Notes: generated from the letters alone by a model not told the origin. A DNA stretch of 50,460 bases from Candidatus Methylomirabilia bacterium (GCA_041497895.1 JBGQHJ010000017.1:1-50460), one strand, 5' to 3'. Counted from the first letter of the stretch, positions 41,025 to 49,742 are shown. A program made the numbers and translations.

Positions 41025-41270
41025 ATGATCGAGGAACGCGTCATCGCCTCGTGGAAGTTCAAGAAGGGCGTGCTGGACGCCAAGACCGCGAGCCTCTGCT
41101 ACCTGGCCGCCAACCTGGCCGCGGGCAACACCCACTGAGCGAAGCGCGACCTGGCAGGTGCCAGGGCCGCGGGGGCGACCGAGGACGAGCTGCGCGAGGC
41201 GATCAGCTTCGCCATCCGGGCCAACGCCGCCAAGACCCACGCCGACATCCTGAAGGTCTGGCAGGACTAG
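41025..41270 (+). CDS. AhpD/CMD-family protein, probable selenoprotein (Sec38, in-frame TGA at 41136-41138)
   Basis: AAGGAGG RBS 9 nt upstream. Read-through gives MIEERVIASWKFKKGVLDAKTASLCYLAANLAAGNTHUAKRDLAGARAAGATEDELREAISFAIRANAAKTHADILKVWQD, with CMD similarity on both sides of the TGA and a SECIS-like hairpin downstream. Confidence 0.85.
41136..41165 (+). promoter_or_regulatory. Bacterial SECIS element candidate
   Basis: UGA, 11-nt spacer, stem CCUGGC (41150-41155), loop AGGU, stem GCCAGG (41160-41165). Confidence 0.8.
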
Positions 41271-41278
41271 GAGACGTC

Positions 41279-41590
41279 ATGGCCGAGATCAGCCTGACCG
41301 CGGCATTTTCCACCGTGCCCGCGCCGGAGCAGGAGGCGATCCGCCGCCTGCTCACCGACACCATCGAGCAGCTGGCCCAGGAGGACCGGAGCTTCACGCG
41401 CGCGCGCGTGGTGTTCACCGAGTCCGACGAGCGCTGCGGGCTCACCGCCGAGCTCGACGGGGTGAAGAAGGAAGGCGTGCCGCTCGCGATCGACATCGAG
41501 CAGCTCGAGGACGCGCAGACCGGCGCGGGGGCCCGCGCCCAGCTCAAGGAGGCGCTCCGCCTCTACTTCCGGCGGGTGATGGGCAAGTGA
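41279..41590 (+). CDS. Hypothetical protein (103 aa)
   Basis: AGGAG RBS overlaps the CMD stop; MAEISLTAAFSTVPAPEQEAIRRLL...; GTGA overlap with the next gene. Confidence 0.75.
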   Translation: MAEISLTAAFSTVPAPEQEAIRRLLTDTIEQLAQEDRSFTRARVVFTESDERCGLTAELDGVKKEGVPLAIDIEQLEDAQTGAGARAQLKEALRLYFRRVMGK

Positions 41591-42306
41591 CCGACGACCG
41601 CGGGGTGCTCCTCTTCGTGTACGAGGGCGCCACCTTCAAGGTGGGCGACGGGGCGCAGCCACCCAAGGCGGGCTCGCTCCTCTTCTGCCGCCACCTCCAT
41701 CCGCGCCCGGGCGAGCGCGTGCTCGAGATCGGCACCGGCATCGGCCTGGCCGCGGTGCAGGCCGCGCGCGCGGGCGCCCACGTGATCGCCACCGACGTGG
41801 TGGAGGCCGCGGTGCGATGCGCGCGGGAGAATGCGGTGCTGAACGGGGTGGCGGACCGAATGGACGTCCGGCTCGGCGACGGCTTCGAGCCGGTGCGCGG
41901 GCTCGCCTTCGACCTGATCTGCACCAGCCCGCCCCAGATGCCGACGCCGGCCGATCGCGAGCGGACCGACGCGATGGCCGCCGCCGACAACGGGGGCCGC
42001 GATGGCTTCCGCCTGCTCGACCGGGTGATCGCGGGCGCCCCCGCGCACCTCCGGCCGGGCGGCCGGCTCGTCTTCACCCTCTTCGGGTTCCTCGGCATCA
42101 AGGCCGCGCTCGGCAAGCTGGCCGACGTCGGGCTCGAGCCGTCCATCCTCGGGCAGGAGACGCAGGCCTTTCCCCGCATCGGGTACGAGCGGCTCGAGCA
42201 CATCCGCGCGGTCGACCCGGAGAGCACCCTGCCGCGGAGCGGGTGGCCCGCGACGGTGGAGCGCTACGTGGTGCAGGGCACCAAGGCCAAGGAGGGCGCC
42301 CGATGA
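41587..42306 (+). CDS. Class I SAM-dependent methyltransferase, HemK/PrmC-like
   Basis: VLEIGTGIG, ATDV, ARENA, GDGFEP and FDLICTSPPQ. Confidence 0.87.
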   Translation: MTDDRGVLLFVYEGATFKVGDGAQPPKAGSLLFCRHLHPRPGERVLEIGTGIGLAAVQAARAGAHVIATDVVEAAVRCARENAVLNGVADRMDVRLGDGFEPVRGLAFDLICTSPPQMPTPADRERTDAMAAADNGGRDGFRLLDRVIAGAPAHLRPGGRLVFTLFGFLGIKAALGKLADVGLEPSILGQETQAFPRIGYERLEHIRAVDPESTLPRSGWPATVERYVVQGTKAKEGAR

Positions 42307-43061
42307 AGCCGGCCCGCTCGCTCATCGTCAACGCCGACGACTACGGGCTCACCGCCGGGGTGAGCCGCGGCATCCTCGACGCGCACCGTCGCGGCATCGT
42401 GACGAGCACCACGCTGCTGGTGAACCGGCCGGTGGACCCCGCGCTGATCGAGGCCCTCAAGAGCTCGGGGCTGGGCGTCGGCCTGCACATGAACCTCACC
42501 CTCGGCCCGCCGGTCGCGCCCGCCGCGCGGGTGGCCTCGCTGATCGACGGCGAGGGGCGCTTCGTGCGGGACGCGCGCGAGGCGGCGCAGCGGGCCCGGA
42601 AGGACGAGGCGCGCATCGAGCTGGGGATGCAGATCGACGAGTTCCGCCGGATCATGGGCCGCTTCCCGACGCATCTCGACTCGCACCACCACGTGGGCCG
42701 GCACGAGCCCATCCTCGAGCTGGTGCTCGACTTCGCGCGGGCGATCAAGGTGCCGGTGCGGACCCAGGATCCCGAGGTGCGGGCGATGGCCCGGAAGCTC
42801 GCGCTGAAGACCCCCGACCACTTCATGGGCGAGTCGGGGCCCGACGCCTACTGGTCGTCCGAGCGCGTGCTCACCCACCTGCGGGAGCTGCCCGGCGGGG
42901 TCACCGAGTTCATGACCCATCCCGGCTACTACGACGACGATCTCTCCTACAGCCGCTACGGGCGCCAGCGCGAGACCGAGATGACCGGGCTCACCGATCC
43001 ACAGGCCCGCGCCGTCATCGAGCGGGAAGGGATCCGGCTCATCCACTTCGGGAACCTCTAG
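42303..43061 (+). CDS. YdjC/ChbG/HpnK family carbohydrate deacetylase
   Basis: LIVNADDYG, VGLHMNLT, PTHLDSHHH and EFMTHPG. Confidence 0.92.
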   Translation: MKPARSLIVNADDYGLTAGVSRGILDAHRRGIVTSTTLLVNRPVDPALIEALKSSGLGVGLHMNLTLGPPVAPAARVASLIDGEGRFVRDAREAAQRARKDEARIELGMQIDEFRRIMGRFPTHLDSHHHVGRHEPILELVLDFARAIKVPVRTQDPEVRAMARKLALKTPDHFMGESGPDAYWSSERVLTHLRELPGGVTEFMTHPGYYDDDLSYSRYGRQRETEMTGLTDPQARAVIEREGIRLIHFGNL

Positions 43062-43075
43062 GGAGCGCCCGGCCG

Positions 43076-44014
43076 GTGAGCGGTGTCACGATCGGGGTGG
43101 ACGTGGGCGGCACCACGGTGGCCGCCGGCCTCGTGAGCGCCGACGGCCGCGTGCTCGAGCACGTCCAGGCGCCCACGCACGAGCGCGGCCCCGGCACCGC
43201 GCTGGACACCATCGTGGAGCTGCTCGACCGCCTCCAGGACAGCGCGCGGGCCCGCGGGGTCGCGGTCACCGGCGTCGGCGTCGGAGTGCCGGGGACGGTG
43301 GACGCCGAGCGTGGGGTGGTCGGCGCCGACGTCCACTACGCCCCCGAGCTGGTCGGCCTGCCGCTCGCCGCGCGGCTCGCGCCGCGCGCGGGGGCACCGG
43401 TCTTCGTCGACAACGACGTCAACGCGCTGGCCCTCGCGGAGTGGACGTGGGGCGCGGGGCGCGGCGCGCGCTCGCTGGTGGTGCTCGCCCTCGGCACCGG
43501 CGTCGGCGGCGGCATCATCCTCGACGGGCGCCTGCACCGCGGGGCGGCCGGCTTCGGCGGCGAGCTCGGGCACGTGCCCATCGACTTCGACGGCCGGCCC
43601 TGCATCTGCGGCGGCCGCGGCTGCCTCAAGACCTACGTCTCGGGCACCGACATCGCGCTGAGGGGCGAGGAGCGCCTGGGCCGGCCGACCGCCGCCGACG
43701 AGGTCTTCCGTCTCGCGGCGGCCGGCCGGGTGGAGGCGGAGGAGATCGTGGACGAGGTCTGCCGGGCCCTCGGGGCCGGGCTGGCCGTCATCGTGAACGG
43801 GCTCAACCCGGAGCGGGTGCTGCTGGCGGGCAGCGTCGCCAAGTCGCTCCGGCCGCTCGAGGCGCGACTGCGGGCGAGCCTGGCCGGCTACGCCTTCGCG
43901 GCCGCGCTCGCCGCGACCCGCCTCGAGATCCTGAGCCTCGACAAGGACGCGACCGTGCGGGGCGGCGCGGCCCTCGTGCGCTACGAGACCGACCGACGGA
44001 GGACGACGGCATGA
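43076..44014 (+). CDS. ROK family sugar kinase
   Basis: IGVDVGGT, DNDVNALALAE, LGTGVGGG, GELGH and CICGGRGC; no N-terminal HTH. Confidence 0.92.
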   Translation: MSGVTIGVDVGGTTVAAGLVSADGRVLEHVQAPTHERGPGTALDTIVELLDRLQDSARARGVAVTGVGVGVPGTVDAERGVVGADVHYAPELVGLPLAARLAPRAGAPVFVDNDVNALALAEWTWGAGRGARSLVVLALGTGVGGGIILDGRLHRGAAGFGGELGHVPIDFDGRPCICGGRGCLKTYVSGTDIALRGEERLGRPTAADEVFRLAAAGRVEAEEIVDEVCRALGAGLAVIVNGLNPERVLLAGSVAKSLRPLEARLRASLAGYAFAAALAATRLEILSLDKDATVRGGAALVRYETDRRRTTA

Positions 44015-44421
44015 AGGCGATCACGCTTCACGGACCGGGAGACGTGCGGGTGGAGTCGGTGGCGGACCCGCGCATCGTGGATCCGACCGACGTGGTGCTG
44101 CGCATCACCACCAGCGCGGTCTGCGGCTCGGATCTGCACCAGTACCACGGGCGGGTCGCCGGGCTCGATCCCGGGGTGGTGATGGGCCACGAATTCATGG
44201 GGGTGGTGGAGGAGGTCGGCCCGGCGGTGCGCCTGATCCGCAAGGGCGACCGTGTGCTCGCGCCCTTCTCGATCTCGTGCGGCGCCTGCGAGAGGTGTCG
44301 CGTGCGGCTGCCCACCCAGTGCACTACCATCGGGCGCGCGGTCTTCGGGCTCGCCCTTAGCAAAGAAGCACGGGCTCTATTTCCAGTACGTTGCACTCGT
44401 CAGCATTCCCTACTCTTATGA
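44011..44421 (+). pseudogene. Truncated zinc-dependent alcohol dehydrogenase (N-terminal GroES domain only)
   Basis: CGSDLH, GHEFMG and CGACERC...C are present; similarity ends near 44348 (AVFG) and the Rossmann domain is absent. Confidence 0.8.
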
Positions 44422-44600
44422 AGAGCGCCTAGTAGAGCTGTTCCCAGGGCGGTTCGGATATCCGTTCATAGTGCATATGAGCCATTGGTCTTATCGATAG
44501 GCGCTGCTAGTGTCTTGGTGCTGCCTCTCGGTCGCATAGCCAGCACAGGACCATCCGCCCGTCCCATTGGGGGCTCGGCATGTTCTGAAAGGCGTCCCGC

Positions 44601-44966
44601 ATGCCCCCAATTCTCGTGGTGGACGATGATGACGACGTACGCGAGCTGATCGAGCTGGCGCTGGCCGGCCAAGGTGACGACGTGGTCAGCGTCGGCGGCG
44701 GCCGGGCGGCCCTCGAACGCCTCGCGCAGCAGCCCTACGACCTCGTGGTGTGCGACCTGAGTATGCCGGGTCTGGATGGACTGGCGGTCTACCGGGGGAT
44801 TGAGGGGCAGCCTCCGCCCCGGCCCGCCGTGATGTTCGTCACCGGCTACGCCGACGCCGAACCGTACGCGGAATTCCTCAGGACCGTGCAGGTCCCCGTG
44901 ATGGGCAAGCCGTTCGACATCAACGTCCTGCGGGAGACTGTGCGTCGCCTGCTCGGCGGATCGTGA
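44601..44966 (+). CDS. Single-domain response regulator
   Basis: ILVVDDD, VCDLSMPGLDG, FVTG and KPF. Confidence 0.85.
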   Translation: MPPILVVDDDDDVRELIELALAGQGDDVVSVGGGRAALERLAQQPYDLVVCDLSMPGLDGLAVYRGIEGQPPPRPAVMFVTGYADAEPYAEFLRTVQVPVMGKPFDINVLRETVRRLLGGS

Positions 44967-44970
44967 ACCG

Positions 44971-45597
44971 GTGGGCTCCCGCCTCGTCCTCCCGTTCGTC
45001 ACCCCGATGCAGCCGACCCTCGTCCGCAAGCCCTTCCATCACGAGGGCTGGGTGTACGAGGAAAAATATGACGGCCGGCGAATGGTCGCCTACAAACATG
45101 GCCGTCAGGTCCGGCTCCTCAGTCGCCGGGGGCGAGACCACACGGCGCGATTCTCCAAACTCGTCGGCGCCATCGCCAAGGTAGCGCCGACGACGCTGAT
45201 TCTGGACGGCGAAGTGGTGCGGTTTGACGAGGTCCTGGTCTCTCGGTACAAGTGGCGCGGGCGACGAGCGACGGACCGTCTGGCGATCCCCACGCTGTAC
45301 ATGGCGTTCGATTGCCTGTACGCTGCCGGCCGCGATCTCCGCACGCTCGAGCTGCGGGCGCGGCGCGACTATCTCGAAGACGTGCTCCACGGCCAGCATG
45401 TCCTCTTCCCCGCGCGCCGGCTGGCCCCACATGGGCTCATGGCGTGGGCCGAAGTGCTCGAGCGCGGCTACGAGGGCTTGGTGGCGAAGGACCCCGCGTC
45501 GCCCTACGTGGGTGGGCGGACGCTGGCGTGGCTGAAGGTGAAGCAACCGAAGTACCACGAGGATGAGCGCGGCTGGGAGCCCAAGGCTAAATCGTAG
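44971..45597 (+). CDS. ATP-dependent DNA ligase adenylation domain (LigC/LigD-like) lacking the OB domain
   Basis: EEKYDGRR, ILDGEVV, AFDCL, EGLVAK and WLKVK, then a stop 16 codons later; start uncertain (44971 or ATG 45008). Confidence 0.75.
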   Translation: MGSRLVLPFVTPMQPTLVRKPFHHEGWVYEEKYDGRRMVAYKHGRQVRLLSRRGRDHTARFSKLVGAIAKVAPTTLILDGEVVRFDEVLVSRYKWRGRRATDRLAIPTLYMAFDCLYAAGRDLRTLELRARRDYLEDVLHGQHVLFPARRLAPHGLMAWAEVLERGYEGLVAKDPASPYVGGRTLAWLKVKQPKYHEDERGWEPKAKS

Positions 45598-45682
45598 TGC
45601 CCACACCCGCCTTGCTGGTGTAACGTCGTCCCGCTGGCCGCCCGCTCCGTCCCTCCTAGACGATGCGGCCAGACGAGGGCTG

Positions 45683-46675
45683 ATGATGGACCGGCGTCTG
45701 TTTCTCTCGACCTTGGCGGGCAGCCTCCTCGCCGCGCCGCTCGCCGCCGAGGCACAGGCGAGTGAGAGAGTCCGCCGGATCGGAGTCATTAGTGCTGGCT
45801 CAGAACGTATCCCGCTCAACGACGTATTTCAGGAAGCCCTGCAGGATCTCGGGTGGATTGAGGGTCGGAACATCACGATCGACTTCCGGTTGGCCCGCGT
45901 CGATAAAGGAGCGACGGAAGCCGACATCTCTGCCATTGCCACAGAGCTAGCTGATCGGGGGGCGGAAGTGATTGTGACTCATTCGGGGCCGGTATCTGCG
46001 GCCGTCAAAAAGACCATAACAACCGTTCCCATTTGCTTTGGCTTTGTTGGAGATCCAGTCAGCTATCGGTTGGTCGCAAGCCTCGCGCACCCCGGCGGGA
46101 ACGCCACCGGAGTGTCTCTACTGTTTCCTGAGCTAGCCGGAAAATGGTTGGAGTTGCTCAAAGAGGCGATCCCCGGGCTAGGCCGCGTCGGGATCCTCGT
46201 CAATCCAGCCAACGCGTTTTCACCGGCCTATGTCGGCGAAGCACAACGCGCCGCCCGGTTCTTGCGAGTACAGCTTCACATTCTAGCGGTAAGCCGTGTA
46301 GAGGATCTCGAGTCCGCGTTCTCAGCGATGACTAGAGAACGCGTACAGGCCGTGATCCCAATAACGGATACGCTGTTCTTTTTTAACCGACGCCGACTCA
46401 TCGAGCTTGCGACGAAGTACCGGCTTCCGGACATTCACGAGGGACCGGACGTCCCCAAGGCCGGTGCCTTCATGGCCTACGGGGAAAGCTTTGAGGACCA
46501 CATGCGGCGCCAGGCCATCCACGTGGACAAGCTCCTGAGAGGGGCGAAGCCCAGCGAGCTACCCGTGGCACAGCCGACGACACTCCGACTAATCATCAAC
46601 CTCAAGACCGCCAAGACGCTCGGCCTGACGATTCCGCCGGCTTTTCTCCAGCGGGCGGATCAGGTGATCGAGTGA
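45683..46675 (+). CDS. Orphan ABC transporter substrate-binding protein (ABC_sub_bind/PF04392-like)
   Basis: MDRRLFL...AAPLAAEAQ Tat-like signal, SLAHPGGNATG, KWLELLKE and INLKTAKTLGLTIPP...RADQVIE. Confidence 0.88.
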   Translation: MMDRRLFLSTLAGSLLAAPLAAEAQASERVRRIGVISAGSERIPLNDVFQEALQDLGWIEGRNITIDFRLARVDKGATEADISAIATELADRGAEVIVTHSGPVSAAVKKTITTVPICFGFVGDPVSYRLVASLAHPGGNATGVSLLFPELAGKWLELLKEAIPGLGRVGILVNPANAFSPAYVGEAQRAARFLRVQLHILAVSRVEDLESAFSAMTRERVQAVIPITDTLFFFNRRRLIELATKYRLPDIHEGPDVPKAGAFMAYGESFEDHMRRQAIHVDKLLRGAKPSELPVAQPTTLRLIINLKTAKTLGLTIPPAFLQRADQVIE

Positions 46676-46964
46676 GCGAGTGAAAGGATCTAGCGATGCC
46701 ATTTGACGGAATCTGGCCGACTCTGGCGAAGGTCGCGAACGCGATCGGGGTTATATGGGTGCTGATGGCACTCGGGGTGTTGGGCTACTTCGCGAACCTG
46801 GGAATCCAAGTCCTCCAACACGGCGGCTGAGGTACGCCGAGCCGGCCATCGCACGAGGGGGATGAGCCGCCGTCTAGTGGCTGCCCCTTCGGGCTTAGAC
46901 GCTCTCCCCAGTAAGCACACCCAGCGCTCCCCCTCTGCCCGCCGACGGTGGTAGATTCGCGGCC

Positions 46965-47162
46965 ATGATCGCCAGATTTGTCGCCGTCGCCGCCGTCTTG
47001 CTCGGGGCACTCACCGGATGCGACAGGTCACCGAAGTGGGTGTTGTGGGTCCCCATAGGAGGGGCCGCTGTTCGCGCCGAGAGTGAGCATCGGACGTTGG
47101 CAGCTTGCCAAGAGGGCGCCGAGGAATCTGCATCTCACCTTGTGTCTCGCAGACCAAGGTGA
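46965..47162 (+). CDS. Small putative lipoprotein or gene fragment
   Basis: Lipobox LTGC then KWVLW; TGGTAGATT-N7-ATG upstream. Confidence 0.45.
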   Translation: MIARFVAVAAVLLGALTGCDRSPKWVLWVPIGGAAVRAESEHRTLAACQEGAEESASHLVSRRPR

Positions 47163-47411
47163 ATGCCCATGGGGGTCAAGCCGTGGCCGGGAGCCGATTC
47201 CTCGTAGCGTTGCTCTGCCTTCTCACCCTCGCCACGTCCGCGTCCGCCGAGTGCGCGTGTCTTGAGTGTTGTTCCACGGCCTGCATACCTTGTCTTGCGC
47301 GAGATAATCGCACGCCTTCCGGGTCTCATGGGCGGAATCGACAATATAGATCGTTGGGCGAGCCTTCGGCTGAACCGGCGTGTCTATTATCTCAAAGCCG
47401 CCGCGCCCCCC

Positions 47412-47534
47412 ATGCCCATGACCCAGCAGGAGAAGATGAAGAAGTGCAACGCGGACGCCTCGGCCAAGGCGTTGAATGGGTATGAGCGTAAAGGCTTCAT
47501 GAGCGAGTGCCTCAAGGCTGACAAGAAGATGTAG
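47412..47534 (+). pseudogene. PsiF-repeat fragment (3' end of a psiF-like gene)
   Basis: TQQEKMKKCNADASAKALNGYERKGFMSECLK matches one PsiF repeat; no signal peptide upstream. Confidence 0.65.
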
Positions 47535-47879
47535 CCGCCTCTAGGATCGCTGGGATAGACTCGACCCGCTTGGCCGTCCATCCGCCGGGCCCTCCTAGAC
47601 GGGCGGCCAGCGGGGGTTCCGTGTGCACCGACGCACCTCCTTCAGGACAGTAGCTAGAAGCCTCCTCGTGCGCATTGACGGTCGGCGAGGATAGCAGCGC
47701 CATGCTCTCTCGTGCCCAAGAGGCTCGGGTCCGAGACGTCCTCGCCAATCACCTGCCGGGGACCATCCAGACGTATTGCTTGGAGCATCTGGCCGCCGTC
47801 GCGAAGATCGATCCGCCACTCTCAACGCCGCCAACGTCGATGCTTTCCCACAAGGGATTCTAGTTGGGCGGAGGTCGAT

Positions 47880-48908
47880 ATGCCTACGGACCTGGCCAGG
47901 GCGTTTTGCGTGTGGTTCTCGACAAGTGGGCTCGCCACCGCCATTGCGTTTTTAGTTTTGGCGACGCCGATGGCCGGGACCGCAGAACAAACGGAAGGGA
48001 CACCGCGGGTTGGCATTCTGGCAGAGGGAGTCTCCGACCCGAGCCGATCCGAGGGAGCTTTGAGGTCGTTCGTGGAGGGCTTACGGGAGCATGGTTACGT
48101 TCCTGGCACGAACCTCGTGCTTGAGACACGCTATGCTGAAGGTCGGCTGGATCGACTCGCCGACCTTGTGGCCGAGCTGGTGCGCCTCCGCGTCGATGCC
48201 ATCCTGGCTTTCTCAGAGCGAGGAGCGATCACTGCGCAGCAGGTGACGACGGCGATCCCGATCGTCATGGTGCTCGGTGTCGACCCGGTTCGTCAGGGCC
48301 TGATCGATACCATGGCGCGCCCGGGCCGAAACGTGACGGGGCTCACCGTAGATCCCGGTCCTGGGATTATCGCCAAGCGTCTGCAGCTCCTCCGTGAGAT
48401 CGTCCCGGGTGCGCGGACCATTGCCCTGCTGACCGAACCTGCCCTCGGTGGCGACACGCAGCGCTTTAAACCCCTCGAGGATGCCGTACGAGCATCTGGC
48501 GTGTCGCTCTTGAAGGTCGAGGCCCGGGGGCCGGAGGACTTCGGAAGCGCGTTCGCGGCGATCAGCCACGCGCGGGCTGAGGCGATCCTGGTCTCCGGTG
48601 CTTCGGTGCTCTATTTCTCACGGCGCGAGATCACCGGGCTGGCGGCAAAGCATAAACTGCCTGCGGTCTATCCTCTCCGGGACTACGCAGAGGCTGGTGG
48701 GCTCCTCTCCTATGGCGTCCACCTGCCAGACCTCTACCGGCGGGCCGGCGGCTACGTCAGTCGTATTCTCAAGGGGGCGAAGCCCGCTGATCTTCCGGTT
48801 GAGCAGCCGACCAAGTTCGAGTTGGTCATCAATCTCAAGACCGCGAAGGCCCTCGGCCTGACGATCCCCCGCTCGCTCCTCCAGCGGGCAGACCAGGTGA
48901 TTGAGTGA
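47880..48908 (+). CDS. Second orphan ABC transporter substrate-binding protein (ABC_sub_bind/PF04392-like)
   Basis: GGAGG RBS, ARPGRNVTG, KRLQLLRE, GGLLSYG and ILKGAKPADLPVEQPTKFELVINLKTAKALG...RADQVIE. Confidence 0.88.
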   Translation: MPTDLARAFCVWFSTSGLATAIAFLVLATPMAGTAEQTEGTPRVGILAEGVSDPSRSEGALRSFVEGLREHGYVPGTNLVLETRYAEGRLDRLADLVAELVRLRVDAILAFSERGAITAQQVTTAIPIVMVLGVDPVRQGLIDTMARPGRNVTGLTVDPGPGIIAKRLQLLREIVPGARTIALLTEPALGGDTQRFKPLEDAVRASGVSLLKVEARGPEDFGSAFAAISHARAEAILVSGASVLYFSRREITGLAAKHKLPAVYPLRDYAEAGGLLSYGVHLPDLYRRAGGYVSRILKGAKPADLPVEQPTKFELVINLKTAKALGLTIPRSLLQRADQVIE

Positions 48909-49076
48909 TGGACCGGGCGCGACGGCGCGTGGGACGAGGACCATCACGCATCGGCGGCGTATGAAGCCCTCACGCAGGGAGACAGGCGGCGGGTGTTTAC
49001 ACAACGCTGCAAGGGACCGACTGCCATCGGCTCCGGACCGGCGAGCAACGGGGCCGGAGGGGGAGGAGGCTGCGTC

Positions 49077-49631
49077 ATGTTCGATGTGGACGGATTTATC
49101 GCCGAGTGTCGTGGTGCCGCTGCTGCGAGTGGGTTGCCGGGTGTACTTGAAGCCGTAACGAGGGCGGTCGCTACTCCTGCAGAAGTTCTGCGGGTCCTGG
49201 GGGGGCCGCAACGAGCGGCTGTCCAAGTGCTCCACCGATCGCCCGACACTACGGTGTTCAACCTCATCTGGGGCCCGCGGATGTGTCAGTTGCCACATAA
49301 CCACGGCATGTGGGCCGTCATCGGCATCTACACCGGCCGCGAGGACAACATTTTTTGGCGACGGCCAGCGGGCAATCCCAATGGCCGGATCGAGGCCGCC
49401 GGAGCCAAAGCACTCAGCGAGCGCGAGGCGATGCCACTCGGGCCGGACATCATCCACTCCGTCATCAATCCGGTCAGTCGTCTCACGGGGGCAATCCACG
49501 TGTACGGAGGCGATTTCTTCTCGGTGCCCCACAGCCAATGGGATCCTGAACGTCTTCTGGAAGAGCCGTATGACGTCAACAGGTTGTTGGCGTTGTTCGA
49601 GGAGTCGAACCGCCAGCCTGCCTCGACTTGA
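49077..49631 (+). CDS. Cysteine dioxygenase-like cupin
   Basis: PHNHGMWAVIGIYTGREDN, IIHSVINP and AIHVYGGDFF; GGAGGAGG RBS before ATG 49077. Confidence 0.82.
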   Translation: MFDVDGFIAECRGAAAASGLPGVLEAVTRAVATPAEVLRVLGGPQRAAVQVLHRSPDTTVFNLIWGPRMCQLPHNHGMWAVIGIYTGREDNIFWRRPAGNPNGRIEAAGAKALSEREAMPLGPDIIHSVINPVSRLTGAIHVYGGDFFSVPHSQWDPERLLEEPYDVNRLLALFEESNRQPAST

Positions 49632-49742
49632 TGTGCGACATCGTGGGCCGCATAGCCCTGCAGTCGAGCGGACGCGCTACGCGCACCGCTCACCGTACCG
49701 CATCGAGACCTACGTCGGTCGGAATCGGGCGGCCCTGCTCAT

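Noticed and set aside
41025..41270. Nonsense pseudogene or genetic-code reassignment as the explanation for the TGA
   Set aside because: TGA is a normal stop in many genes here, including ATGA/GTGA overlaps, and this one coincides with the catalytic Cys position and a SECIS-like hairpin. A pseudogene is not fully excluded without seeing sel genes.
41018..41590. Alternative open frame from ATG 41018 running into the 103-aa gene, which would avoid the TGA
   Set aside because: That ATG is only 2 nt from the RBS, the extension is Arg/Gly/Pro-rich off-frame sequence, and the 41279 start has its own RBS; CMD similarity lies in the TGA-containing frame.
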